IMG/VR virus record: IMGVR_UViG_3300042290_000327 | Coordinates: 56,716 to 120,715 of that record | Direction: 5' to 3' (one strand) | Length of the DNA stretch: 64,000 bases | Source of the DNA: a virus | In this document: piece after piece, positions 37,815-46,597 of the stretch | Layout: the number at the start of each line of letters is the position of its first letter | Position numbering within the stretch: position 1 is the stretch's first letter | The notes under the pieces: generated by a model | What the model was told of the DNA's origin: nothing | Database searches by the model: none | The model's input: the letters and a program-made list of their open reading frames with translations, nothing else | Translations under genes and position numbers: made by a program

Positions 37815-38744
37815 ATGATTTTAACTGAGTCAAAAGTTACGACAGTACTAACGGAAGGTCTTCGCTACCATTTGCAGACCGGCAATCCTTTATACGAGAA
37901 TATTTACCGTCCAGGGTCAGAGGAATACTTCAACACTATTCGTCAGGCACGTCTGCTTATGAACGAAGGTCTGCTACAGAATCTATGTCTAGAAGATATG
38001 GAGCTTTTGTTTGAAACCCAGGTAGGTGAGTATGCAGAATTCGAAGGTAAAAAAGTACCTTTAGACTTCCCGATGCTAGAGGAGATTACTTTTGTAATCC
38101 CCGACGCTGAAGCAACCTGGCTTCAAGCCTCTACAAATCCTCAGATCTTTAAGATGGGAGAACAGCAGTGGAAAAAGCTTTCTGATATATCCAAAGCGTC
38201 CGGAGGATTCGGATATACTGCAAAGTACTCCGACATCGACCCCGTTATGGAAGATCCGGCAACAGGTGAGCTAGTTACTTTTACTGACAGTGATCAGGTC
38301 CAGATGCCCGTAGTCCTGAAGTACCAGGAGGCAGGAGTAGTAAAGTACGAGATCGTAGTAGGAGAAGATATCCTTCACAGCCTGATTGACTCAGGTACCA
38401 ATCCCGACCCCGATATCTGGGTTGTGGACATTACAAGCGAGGCACTAGCCGAGGCTAAGTACCAGGGCAAGGAAGTAGCTTTGAATAAACCTAAAAGAGG
38501 AGGACCTAAGAAGTTCTTCGTTTACACCCGCAACCCTAAGACCGGCAAAACTATCAAAGTTAACTTCGGAGGCACTACAGGACTGACCGCTAAGATCAAC
38601 AATCCTGAAGCACGCCGTAACTTTGCCAGCCGTCACAACTGCGATCAGAAAAACGATAAAACCAAGCCCGGGTACTGGTCTTGCAGACTCCCAAGGTACG
38701 CCAAGTTGATTGGACTTAAATCAAGCTTTGGTGGTTTCTGGTGA
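37815..38744 (+). CDS. modular head-internal protein candidate with basic C-terminal domain
   Basis: TATTTATA at 37796; LTE/LEE/LAE junctions; C-terminal KKFFVY...VNFG...RRNFASRHNC...YWSC. Confidence 0.7.
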   Translation: MILTESKVTTVLTEGLRYHLQTGNPLYENIYRPGSEEYFNTIRQARLLMNEGLLQNLCLEDMELLFETQVGEYAEFEGKKVPLDFPMLEEITFVIPDAEATWLQASTNPQIFKMGEQQWKKLSDISKASGGFGYTAKYSDIDPVMEDPATGELVTFTDSDQVQMPVVLKYQEAGVVKYEIVVGEDILHSLIDSGTNPDPDIWVVDITSEALAEAKYQGKEVALNKPKRGGPKKFFVYTRNPKTGKTIKVNFGGTTGLTAKINNPEARRNFASRHNCDQKNDKTKPGYWSCRLPRYAKLIGLKSSFGGFW

Positions 38745-38745
38745 T

Positions 38746-39225
38746 ATGATTAAGTTAATAGATCTTATAAAAGAAATAGGAGACTCAAGTTCTCAACCAT
38801 ATAAATTTGATTTTTATGGTGATTATGATGTTATGAGAGTTTATGGATTTTATACTGAAAATTATCCATATACTGTAGAATTACAATATGATGATTTAGA
38901 TTTCTATGACGAGGATACAACTAACGTATTAGGAGTAAGATTCTATGTCTCAGATGAAGATGAACCGGATTTGGAACGAGATGATATTGTAACAAATAAA
39001 GGTGAACTGTTTAGAGTTATGGCAACTGTAACAGCTATTATTAAAAAAGATATTCAAAATCACCCTGAAATTGATACTATAACATTCACCCCATCAAAAA
39101 AAGAAGGTGAAACTGCAAATGTATCTAGATTAAACCTTTACACACGGTATATTAAATATGAATTCCCTAATGCTATTGTAAAACCATATGGTACTAGTGG
39201 TGGTGTAATAGTAAAACTCAAATGA
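38746..39225 (+). CDS. hypothetical protein with leader MIKLIDLIKE (start moved from 38710)
   Basis: ATG 2 nt after the upstream stop; TNKGELFRVMATV...RLNLY; visibly AT-richer than its neighbours. Confidence 0.75.
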   Translation: MIKLIDLIKEIGDSSSQPYKFDFYGDYDVMRVYGFYTENYPYTVELQYDDLDFYDEDTTNVLGVRFYVSDEDEPDLERDDIVTNKGELFRVMATVTAIIKKDIQNHPEIDTITFTPSKKEGETANVSRLNLYTRYIKYEFPNAIVKPYGTSGGVIVKLK

Positions 39226-39506
39226 GACCCTACACTGATCTAGAAGTTACAGACAAATACATCATCCGAGAATTTACCGAAAACATTGACCCAATAGAGT
39301 TAATGTGGCATAGGGACGACGAAGATCGTACTGTAGAACCACTCTGCCCTAGTGATTGGCAGTTCCAAAGAGACAATGAAATGCCCATCCTTCTTAAAGA
39401 GGGTGAAAGGATATTTATTAAGAAACACGAGTGGCATCGGGTCATTAAAGGTTCTGGTCATTTACTTATAAAAATTTTTAAACATGGCAAAGAAAAAGCA
39501 TACTGA
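39222..39506 (+). CDS. cupin-like protein
   Basis: WHRDDEDR...W.FQ...G..IFI...WHRVIKG. Confidence 0.65.
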   Translation: MRPYTDLEVTDKYIIREFTENIDPIELMWHRDDEDRTVEPLCPSDWQFQRDNEMPILLKEGERIFIKKHEWHRVIKGSGHLLIKIFKHGKEKAY

Positions 39507-39747
39507 TAACGAGATTATCGAAGAACTAGTAGCTGTAGCTACCCCGGAGATAACCCCGGAAATCGAATTGACTCCTGTAATTGAAGCAGCTCCTGTAGCT
39601 GTTACTGCCCCGGTTCTTACCCCAGGAGAGTACTACCAGGGAAAAAAGATTGAGAGATACGTCTCCAACCTAGGAAAGAAGGCCGTTGCAATCATCGAGG
39701 GAAAAAGAGTTAAAGTACTCAAAGCGGACGTCGTCAAAGTCAAGTAA
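39484..39747 (+). CDS. hypothetical protein
   Basis: Coupled ORF. Confidence 0.65.
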   Translation: MAKKKHTDNEIIEELVAVATPEITPEIELTPVIEAAPVAVTAPVLTPGEYYQGKKIERYVSNLGKKAVAIIEGKRVKVLKADVVKVK

Positions 39748-39890
39748 TGGCTAAGATCAAGTCTCAAGCAGTATCAACATTTCAAGACAGGCCGAAGGTC
39801 AGCAGACCGGGGGTACATTCTAAGACCAAGACTTCAGTTCTTAAAACCAGCAAGAACTATACCAAGAAGTACCGTGGCCAAGGTAAGTAA
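39747..39890 (+). CDS. small basic protein ending KKYRGQGK (47 aa, not in ORF track)
   Basis: MAKIKSQAVSTFQDRPKVSRPGVHSKTKTSVLKTSKNYTKKYRGQGK; TAATG coupling. Confidence 0.75.
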   Translation: MAKIKSQAVSTFQDRPKVSRPGVHSKTKTSVLKTSKNYTKKYRGQGK

Positions 39891-39897
39891 ATCTGCT

Positions 39898-40071
39898 ATG
39901 CACGCTTTCATGCGTGAGCTACTCCTAGAGGTAATCAAGGAGAAACCCGGACTATGGGCTAACATTAGAGCACAAAGAGCAAGGGGTGAAAAACCATCTC
40001 ACCCTAACTCCAAGGCTTACAAAGATGCTGTTAAGGCTGGAAAAGAGATTCTTAAAAAAGAAAAGAAATGA
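39898..40071 (+). CDS. small basic protein (start moved from 39874)
   Basis: MHAFMRELLLEVIKEKPGLWANI... Confidence 0.65.
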   Translation: MHAFMRELLLEVIKEKPGLWANIRAQRARGEKPSHPNSKAYKDAVKAGKEILKKEKK

Positions 40072-40289
40072 AACTAATAGACCTCCTCTTAGAAGCCAGC
40101 AACCCGGAGGACAAAGTTACTCTGGATATTCCCCTATTCATCAGACTTCTGGAGTACGCGAGAGAAGATGCCCAAGCAGACGTAGACCTACACTTTATAG
40201 CCGATAACGCTATCAGACTCTCCACAGAAGGTGAAACTCTAACAATGGATCATTACGATCAAATCGTCAAGCAAGATGAAGCTAAGTAA
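40068..40289 (+). CDS. small protein with leader MKLIDLLLEA
   Basis: DIPLFIRLLEYARED motif. Confidence 0.75.
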   Translation: MKLIDLLLEASNPEDKVTLDIPLFIRLLEYAREDAQADVDLHFIADNAIRLSTEGETLTMDHYDQIVKQDEAK

Positions 40290-40689
40290 ACTTATCAGCG
40301 AAGCGGAGGTTAAATGTCCTCCCGCAACCCAAGACATCGACCTCAATCTTGAGAACAGACAGAAAGCTATTGACGAATACGGATACGGCCCTGCTGACCC
40401 TTCCCAAAAGAACGAAAAGTTCTGGAAGAAGAAGATGGATATGTGGCAGGTCGATACAGCTGAAGAGCTTAAGAATATGGTATGCGGTACTTGTGCTGCT
40501 TTCGATATCACGACCAAGACCCTAGACTGTATCGCCAAGGGCATCGGATCGGACATGGGTACGGAAGATCCTTACGATGTGATTGATGCCGGTGAGCTAG
40601 GATACTGCAGATTTCTAAAGTTTAAATGCGCAGCCTCTAGAACTTGCGATGCTTGGGTGGTAGGAGGACCGATCAAAGATAAGGAATAA
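40276..40689 (+). CDS. Cys-rich HiPIP-like protein with leader MKLSKLISEA
   Basis: CGTC...GYC-x12-CDAW spacing resembles high-potential iron-sulfur proteins. Confidence 0.55.
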   Translation: MKLSKLISEAEVKCPPATQDIDLNLENRQKAIDEYGYGPADPSQKNEKFWKKKMDMWQVDTAEELKNMVCGTCAAFDITTKTLDCIAKGIGSDMGTEDPYDVIDAGELGYCRFLKFKCAASRTCDAWVVGGPIKDKE

Positions 40690-41156
40690 TGCAAGACCAG
40701 CTCCAGGAGTGGATAAAGTATATCCAGGAGCCTGGCAAGCTTGGCAACGGTCCAATCTGTCCTTATGCCGCTAAAGCAGTCAAAGAGAAGAGAGTAGATA
40801 TAACTGCTCTAACAAACATAGAAGATTTAGAACTGCTAATCGACCGGGTAGATACTACCGAATTCGATGTAAGCATTTTCTATTTTAAGCAGTACACAGA
40901 TTTTACTATAGAGGAGTTGGAGCAGAAGATAAAAGAACTTAACTTTATGTTTAAAGCTAAAGATAAAGTAATCTTAGACAACGATCCTCGCAATCCATTT
41001 ACAGTAAACGGTCATCGAACAACCTTTAATGGGTGTTATTTATATGTAATACAGTCACTCAGTGACCTAACACAGGCGTCTAATAGATTAAAAACAGGAG
41101 ATTACTATTCATACTGGACTCAGGCACAGTATGATGAAGTAGTAGGATGGAGATGA
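40689..41156 (+). CDS. hypothetical protein (CPYA motif, DUF1415-like)
   Basis: W..Y...LG..PICPYA.KA. Confidence 0.6.
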   Translation: MQDQLQEWIKYIQEPGKLGNGPICPYAAKAVKEKRVDITALTNIEDLELLIDRVDTTEFDVSIFYFKQYTDFTIEELEQKIKELNFMFKAKDKVILDNDPRNPFTVNGHRTTFNGCYLYVIQSLSDLTQASNRLKTGDYYSYWTQAQYDEVVGWR

Positions 41157-41365
41157 AAAATACAGAATTCGCAAACCTAATACAGGAACTAGCAGCCGAA
41201 GTGCTGGCAGAAGGAATTCACGATCCTATGAATCCAGGCATCCTCAAAAAGAGGCTAGGTAAGCTTTCATGTACAAAAGTAAGAGCGGCTAGGGGTAAAC
41301 TTAAAGACAAAGGCACTACGTATGCAAAAGCCCTGCAGAGGTACCTTAACTATCACTGTCAGTGA
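41153..41365 (+). CDS. small basic protein with LxE leader
   Basis: LIQELAAEVLAEG followed by PGILK...C...NYHC. Confidence 0.65.
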   Translation: MKNTEFANLIQELAAEVLAEGIHDPMNPGILKKRLGKLSCTKVRAARGKLKDKGTTYAKALQRYLNYHCQ

Positions 41366-41391
41366 TCTATTTATAAAGAAAAAACCTTACC

Positions 41392-41616
41392 ATGTCTAAA
41401 GTAACTTTCAACGGAGGCCTTTACCTAACAGGTACTTCCCCAGTATCAGGTAGCTGGAGAGCAATCACCTCAGTATCCTCAAGCACTGTAGTTCAATCTG
41501 TTACGTTTGCAGATGGCAGTACAGCCGCAAACCTACCGCTAGCAGCTGGTCTAAACCTAGATGTAAAGATCAGAGAAATCAAACTATCAGCAGGAGGAGC
41601 TTTCTTAGCTAAATAA
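41392..41616 (+). CDS. small beta-rich structural protein
   Basis: TATTTATA at 41368. Confidence 0.7.
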   Translation: MSKVTFNGGLYLTGTSPVSGSWRAITSVSSSTVVQSVTFADGSTAANLPLAAGLNLDVKIREIKLSAGGAFLAK

Positions 41617-41617
41617 T

Positions 41618-42688
41618 ATGAAGCTGCAGGAAAGCGACTTAGGGGACCTTATTCTTCATGCGACTAACTCGGAAACCGTTGAAGATTTTCTAAAAAAAGT
41701 AAAAGACGATAAACTAATAAGCAATCTCTCCACTAAAGAACTTAAAGATTTTTATAAGGAAAATAGAAATGTAGCTAAAAAAAAATCAAAGATGAATAAA
41801 GAAGCTATTTTAAAAGCCATTAAAGAAGTACTGACTGAAAAGAAAGCTACATATTGCGGAAGATGCGGACATACTCACGTCAAAGGAACCCCTTGCCCAA
41901 GACCTTTCAAAGAAGGGTTATCAACTTACGGCGATGATGCCTATTTCGTAGCACCAAACAAAGGAAAGATGAAAAAAGAAGATATTTTAAAAGCTATTAA
42001 AGAAGTGTTAACTGAAGTTGAGGTCACTGTAATAAGTGATCCAGAATCAAAAAAACGGGCAAAAGAAGCAGCAATGAGAGCTGGTGTAGCAAACCCTGAC
42101 TTTTTAAAGCAAATTGATAATGCTCAAAAAGGAGACACAATTACAGCCGAAGAAGCTATGATTCCTTCAGATGATCGAGTTAGTTATCTTGAAATTGCAT
42201 TAGGGCGTGTTTGGAATATGGGTCGTGGCAATAATAAGATTGATTTAAACTCAATGGCTCAAGAATTAGTTAACGATATGTTTGCTGAATCGTTAGATGA
42301 AGATTTAGACCTAGGACATGAGGATCACGAACCGCATATGATTAAATCAGAGCTTTACCAGATCGCAAAATACGCTATCGAGCTTTATAAGATGGTAGAC
42401 CAGTTTGACAGTGAGGCTGAAGTTGATTTTCCAGCCTGGTGGCAGTCTAAAATCACAAAAGCAAACTCAATGGTTAGCAGCGCCAAGCACTACCTTGAAT
42501 TTGAACTAGCTAAACCTGCAATGGATCAGGCTTTGGCAGAAGAAAAAAAAGCTAAAGAACTAGACCCGGTCGGTCATGAAGATGAAGATATCGACAACGA
42601 CGGCAAAGTAGACAAGACTGATAAGTACCTCAAAGGTAGAAGAGTTAAGATCGGCGCAGCAATCGCCCAGCATTCTAAGAAGAAATGA
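41618..42688 (+). CDS. modular head-internal protein candidate (duplicated ILKAIKEVLTE, Zn knuckle, EF-hand-like tail)
   Basis: MNKEAILKAIKEVLTE / MKKEDILKAIKEVLTE; CGRCGHTH; DEDIDNDGKVDKTDKYL. Confidence 0.7.
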   Translation: MKLQESDLGDLILHATNSETVEDFLKKVKDDKLISNLSTKELKDFYKENRNVAKKKSKMNKEAILKAIKEVLTEKKATYCGRCGHTHVKGTPCPRPFKEGLSTYGDDAYFVAPNKGKMKKEDILKAIKEVLTEVEVTVISDPESKKRAKEAAMRAGVANPDFLKQIDNAQKGDTITAEEAMIPSDDRVSYLEIALGRVWNMGRGNNKIDLNSMAQELVNDMFAESLDEDLDLGHEDHEPHMIKSELYQIAKYAIELYKMVDQFDSEAEVDFPAWWQSKITKANSMVSSAKHYLEFELAKPAMDQALAEEKKAKELDPVGHEDEDIDNDGKVDKTDKYLKGRRVKIGAAIAQHSKKK

Positions 42689-43254
42689 AACTAAATAAGC
42701 TTAAAGATATAATTCAAGAGGCATACTTTGAGGTGCTTATTGAGGCTGCCCAGCCCCCGGTCCAAGGACCGAAGAGGGACCAAACAGACCCTACATTGAA
42801 TATTCTCGGTAAGTTTCCTACCCTCCAAAAGACTCTCACCCACCTCCTAACCCCTCAGTACATGCAATTTGTAGAGAAGGTAGGATGGATGTCCCCTAAA
42901 CCCTCTACGTTCAAGGTAGAGTTTAAGTCCGGACAAGATATGGTCTTAAAGTGGATGGGTAAGAATTTTGAAGCCAATATCGAGGGCAAGCGCTACTACC
43001 TAGCCAACCTACCGGAGTACCAGCAGGCACTCGACAAGATCGGCATCATTCTCTCTCACGGTCCAATCCAGACAGGAATGGATGCATTAGGAGGAGAAGA
43101 GGGAGCAGGAGGAGATGTATTCGCAGGAGCAGGAGCACCTGAACCGGCTGCTGATGCCGGTGCTGATGCCGGTGCTGAAGCAGGAGCCGAGACAGGAGCA
43201 GAAACCCCCGCAACTACCCCCGGAGCTGGAGAGGACGTATTCGCAGGACTATAA
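42685..43254 (+). CDS. hypothetical protein with IIQE/LIE leader and G/A/E-rich tail
   Basis: Coupled ORF. Confidence 0.75.
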   Translation: MKLNKLKDIIQEAYFEVLIEAAQPPVQGPKRDQTDPTLNILGKFPTLQKTLTHLLTPQYMQFVEKVGWMSPKPSTFKVEFKSGQDMVLKWMGKNFEANIEGKRYYLANLPEYQQALDKIGIILSHGPIQTGMDALGGEEGAGGDVFAGAGAPEPAADAGADAGAEAGAETGAETPATTPGAGEDVFAGL

Positions 43255-44309
43255 TGGATTTAGTCGACAAGATAATCAAGGAATGGTCTTGGAGATGTGC
43301 TAAGGGTTATCCGCAGTTGGACTCTGAGGAAGATCTTCGTATCTTAGAAGGATTATTTAAAATTAACCTTACTGAAGCATCTTTGAGAACCAATACTGAA
43401 ATAGTAAAAGAAGAGGAGGAATCTGAAATCACCGTAGATGCTCTTATGGATCTCCTTAAGACTCGCAAAGACGATCTGCCTGCTGAATTCGTTAAGAATC
43501 TATACACTCAGATACAGGGCAAAGGTCAAGGAATATCTTCAAAAATATCTGAAATACTTACCGAAAAAGGTATGGAGGAAAGTAAGTACCTAGTACTAAC
43601 AACTGCCCAGAGATTGAATGCTGAAGAAAAACTTCTTAAATTTCTTGAATCCGACTCCATGCCCGGCCTTAGTGATTTAAGAGCTAGTGCTGGAGGCAGT
43701 TTAGTTGATTTCTTTGTAAAGCAGACAAACCTACCTACGGAGCTGGTACAGCCAATAGTTGACTTCTCTTCTATCCGTACAAGCAAAGGAGTTGGCAAAG
43801 GTGAGTACGGCCTGGCTCTCTTTATGAAAGACGGGGTTAAAAGATCAGTAGGAGACGTAGATGTTGAAGGAGTTAGTATAGAAATTAAAGCTGACTCAGC
43901 TAGATTAGGAGAGCGTCACGGTAACTTAAAGCAGTTAATTGAATCCTTAGAACAGATAACGCAAATCCCGGAAGCAGTTAACCTCGCCAAGTACCTCGAA
44001 CAGATCGGTAAAGCTAATTTAGACCCTGCAACTTTGACAAAGGTCAGAGAGGCGGTGAATAGAGAATTCCAAGACGCTTTTGCAGGATCTGATTTTGCCA
44101 ATATAGGTGAAATTCGCAACACGCTTTACGGATGGTATGTTGATAACTTCTACGCAACTGAACCCAGTGATTTAATTTTACTTTACATGCAAGGGAATTA
44201 TAAGATATACTCCCGTGAAGAATTCAAAGCCGCAGTACTATCAGGTGATATCAAATTTAAGAACGACTTTACCAAAAGCAACAAAGCCCCTCAGCTACTA
44301 GGATTCTAA
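43254..44309 (+). CDS. putative PD-(D/E)XK (restriction-like) nuclease with N-terminal leader module
   Basis: GVGKGEY...GDVDVEGVSIEIKA; N-terminal IIKEWSWRCAKGYP...NLTEA. Confidence 0.55.
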   Translation: MDLVDKIIKEWSWRCAKGYPQLDSEEDLRILEGLFKINLTEASLRTNTEIVKEEEESEITVDALMDLLKTRKDDLPAEFVKNLYTQIQGKGQGISSKISEILTEKGMEESKYLVLTTAQRLNAEEKLLKFLESDSMPGLSDLRASAGGSLVDFFVKQTNLPTELVQPIVDFSSIRTSKGVGKGEYGLALFMKDGVKRSVGDVDVEGVSIEIKADSARLGERHGNLKQLIESLEQITQIPEAVNLAKYLEQIGKANLDPATLTKVREAVNREFQDAFAGSDFANIGEIRNTLYGWYVDNFYATEPSDLILLYMQGNYKIYSREEFKAAVLSGDIKFKNDFTKSNKAPQLLGF

Positions 44310-44317
44310 TCTAAGCT

Positions 44318-44659
44318 ATGAACAAATTACAATCAATTATCACAGTTATTGCAGTTGCACTAGCAATCCTTATGTTCACAGGTTTACTAAACCCTTACAA
44401 GAAAAAGTACTTGACTGAATTGAAGGCAGTAAGAGAGGCATCTGAAGCAAGAGAAGATTCTTTGAAGACGGTCGTTTTCTCTTTAGAGAATGAGGCACTA
44501 AGACTTCAAAACAGAGCCGACTCTACCCTCAAAGCATTAGAAGGAGAAGAAACAAAACGTAAAAAAGAAAGAGATGAATTCAATAAAAGGATGGCTGAGC
44601 TTAGCAAGCTTTCTACTGCTGAGCTTGCCCGCTATTTCGCAGAGCGTTATAGTCGTTAA
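44318..44659 (+). CDS. i-spanin-like membrane-anchored coiled coil
   Basis: N-terminal TM segment plus coiled coil; overlaps the next gene. Confidence 0.55.
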   Translation: MNKLQSIITVIAVALAILMFTGLLNPYKKKYLTELKAVREASEAREDSLKTVVFSLENEALRLQNRADSTLKALEGEETKRKKERDEFNKRMAELSKLSTAELARYFAERYSR

Positions 44660-44993
44660 TAAAGATACTTTAGTTTGCCTACCGGAGACGGTTACAAGAA
44701 AAGTAATTGCTGACCTGCAGGCAGGTGACCTTTGCAAGATCGAGCTTGAGAGCTGGATCAGAGAAGCTAAAGGGCTTAGAGATGTCATAGATATTCAGAA
44801 AGAGCAGATCGTTAAGAAAGACGGTATTACTAAAGCTCTCTATGAAACTATTACTGAAAAAGGGATTCAGCTAGAGACAAGAGAGAAAGAAATTGCAGTG
44901 TTGAAGGCCGGCAAAGCCGCCAACTACTGGAAAGGGTTATTAACCGGACTAGGGACGGGCGCTGCCCTGGTACTAGGACTGACGGTATTATGA
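44574..44993 (+). CDS. spanin partner-like secreted protein
   Basis: Signal peptide (SFLLLSLPAISQ), coiled coil and C-terminal hydrophobic tail. Confidence 0.5.
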   Translation: MNSIKGWLSLASFLLLSLPAISQSVIVVNKDTLVCLPETVTRKVIADLQAGDLCKIELESWIREAKGLRDVIDIQKEQIVKKDGITKALYETITEKGIQLETREKEIAVLKAGKAANYWKGLLTGLGTGAALVLGLTVL

Positions 44994-46570
44994 GCGAACA
45001 GCCGCTGAATGTAAAACAGTTAGTAATACAAGAATACGCCAAGTGTGCCCAAGACCCGGCATACTTTATGCGTAAGTATTGCTACATCCAGCATCCCCAG
45101 AGAGGCAGGATTCTTTTCAATCTATACCCTTTCCAGGATAAGGTCCTGCATCTGTTCAAAGATAATCAATTTCTGATTACTTTAAAATCTAGGCAGCTTG
45201 GGATCTCAACCCTAGCATCAGGGTATGCGCTGTGGTTGATGATCTTCCATAAGGACAAGAACATCCTCGCATTAGCAACCACCCAGGCCACAGCCCGGAA
45301 CCTAGTCACCAAGGTACAGTTTATGTACGAGCAGCTTCCGAGCTGGTTGCGGCTTAAGTCCTTAGAGAAAAACAAACTTTCTTTACGGCTTGTAAACGGA
45401 TCAAGGATCGCTGCTAAATCATCGAACTCCGATGCTGCTAGATCTGAGGCTGTATCGCTACTGATTATTGACGAAGCTGCGTTTATCGATAACATCGATG
45501 AGACTTTCGCTGCTGCACAGCAGACCCTAGCAACAGGAGGACAGTGTATGGCTTTATCTACCCCGAACGGTGTAGGGAACTGGTTTCATCAGACCTGGGC
45601 TAAAGCAGAGATGTCAGAGAATTCTTTCATACCCATACGTCTGCCCTGGACCGTGCATCCGGAAAGAACCCAGGCCTGGAGAGACTTACAGGATAACGAC
45701 CTAGGACCTAGGATGGCAGCACAGGAATGTGACTGTGACTTCCTTTCTTCAGGAGAAACAGTCTTTGAGCCTGAGTACCTCTCCTTCTACGAGCAGACCT
45801 ACCGCAAGGACCCCAACGAGAGAAGAGGAGTAGATAGCAATTTATGGATCTGGGAGTACCCTGATTACACTAAGTCTTATATGGTTGTGGCTGACGTAGC
45901 AAGAGGGGACGGAGCCGACTACAGCACCTTTCATATCATCGATATCGAAGCGGCTACGCAAATCGGTGAATATAGGAGCAAGGTATCTCCCCGTGACTTC
46001 GGAAACATATTAGTGGGCATAGCCTCAGAATATAACAACGCCTTGCTAGTGATTGAAAACGCATCCATGGGATGGGCTACCATCGAGCAGGTCCTAGACC
46101 GGGAATACCCCAACCTATACTACTCCTCTAGATCAGACCAGGATACGGTCGAGAGCTATATGAATAAGTATGAGAAAGGGAATTTAGTCCCAGGCTTTAC
46201 CATGTCTATGAAGACCCGTCCTCTAGTAATCGCTAAGATGATGGAATACATCAGAGATAAATCAGTCACTATTCAGTCCAAGAGACTGCTAGAGGAGATG
46301 AGAGTCTTTGTATGGAAAAACGGCAAAGCTCAAGCACAGAGCGGTTATAACGACGATCTCATAATCGCTTTTGCTACTGCGCTATACGTCCGAGATACAG
46401 CCCTAAGACTCCGCCAGCAAGGTATGGACCTGGCTAGAGCCCAGTTATCTTCCTTCTCAAGCCTAAATACCCGCCAGGCTCCTGTGTATAATGTTGGAGA
46501 TATGAAAAATAATCCGTATACTATGGATACTCCGCACGGAAAAGAGGATTTAACCTGGTTACTCCGTTAG
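44990..46570 (+). CDS. terL: terminase large subunit (T4 gp17-like)
   Basis: LYPFQ Q-motif, KSRQLGIST, IIDEAAF, STPNG, QECDCDF, DVARGDGADYS, NDD. Confidence 0.95.
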   Translation: MSEQPLNVKQLVIQEYAKCAQDPAYFMRKYCYIQHPQRGRILFNLYPFQDKVLHLFKDNQFLITLKSRQLGISTLASGYALWLMIFHKDKNILALATTQATARNLVTKVQFMYEQLPSWLRLKSLEKNKLSLRLVNGSRIAAKSSNSDAARSEAVSLLIIDEAAFIDNIDETFAAAQQTLATGGQCMALSTPNGVGNWFHQTWAKAEMSENSFIPIRLPWTVHPERTQAWRDLQDNDLGPRMAAQECDCDFLSSGETVFEPEYLSFYEQTYRKDPNERRGVDSNLWIWEYPDYTKSYMVVADVARGDGADYSTFHIIDIEAATQIGEYRSKVSPRDFGNILVGIASEYNNALLVIENASMGWATIEQVLDREYPNLYYSSRSDQDTVESYMNKYEKGNLVPGFTMSMKTRPLVIAKMMEYIRDKSVTIQSKRLLEEMRVFVWKNGKAQAQSGYNDDLIIAFATALYVRDTALRLRQQGMDLARAQLSSFSSLNTRQAPVYNVGDMKNNPYTMDTPHGKEDLTWLLR

Positions 46571-46597
46571 GACTATTTATACTTAAACAGCTTTTGA

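Noticed and set aside
45180-45212. Terminase Walker A reads KSRQLGIST rather than GKT/S
   Set aside because: Deviant P-loops with an N-shifted Lys are known in terminases, and all other motifs are intact; not evidence of a pseudogene
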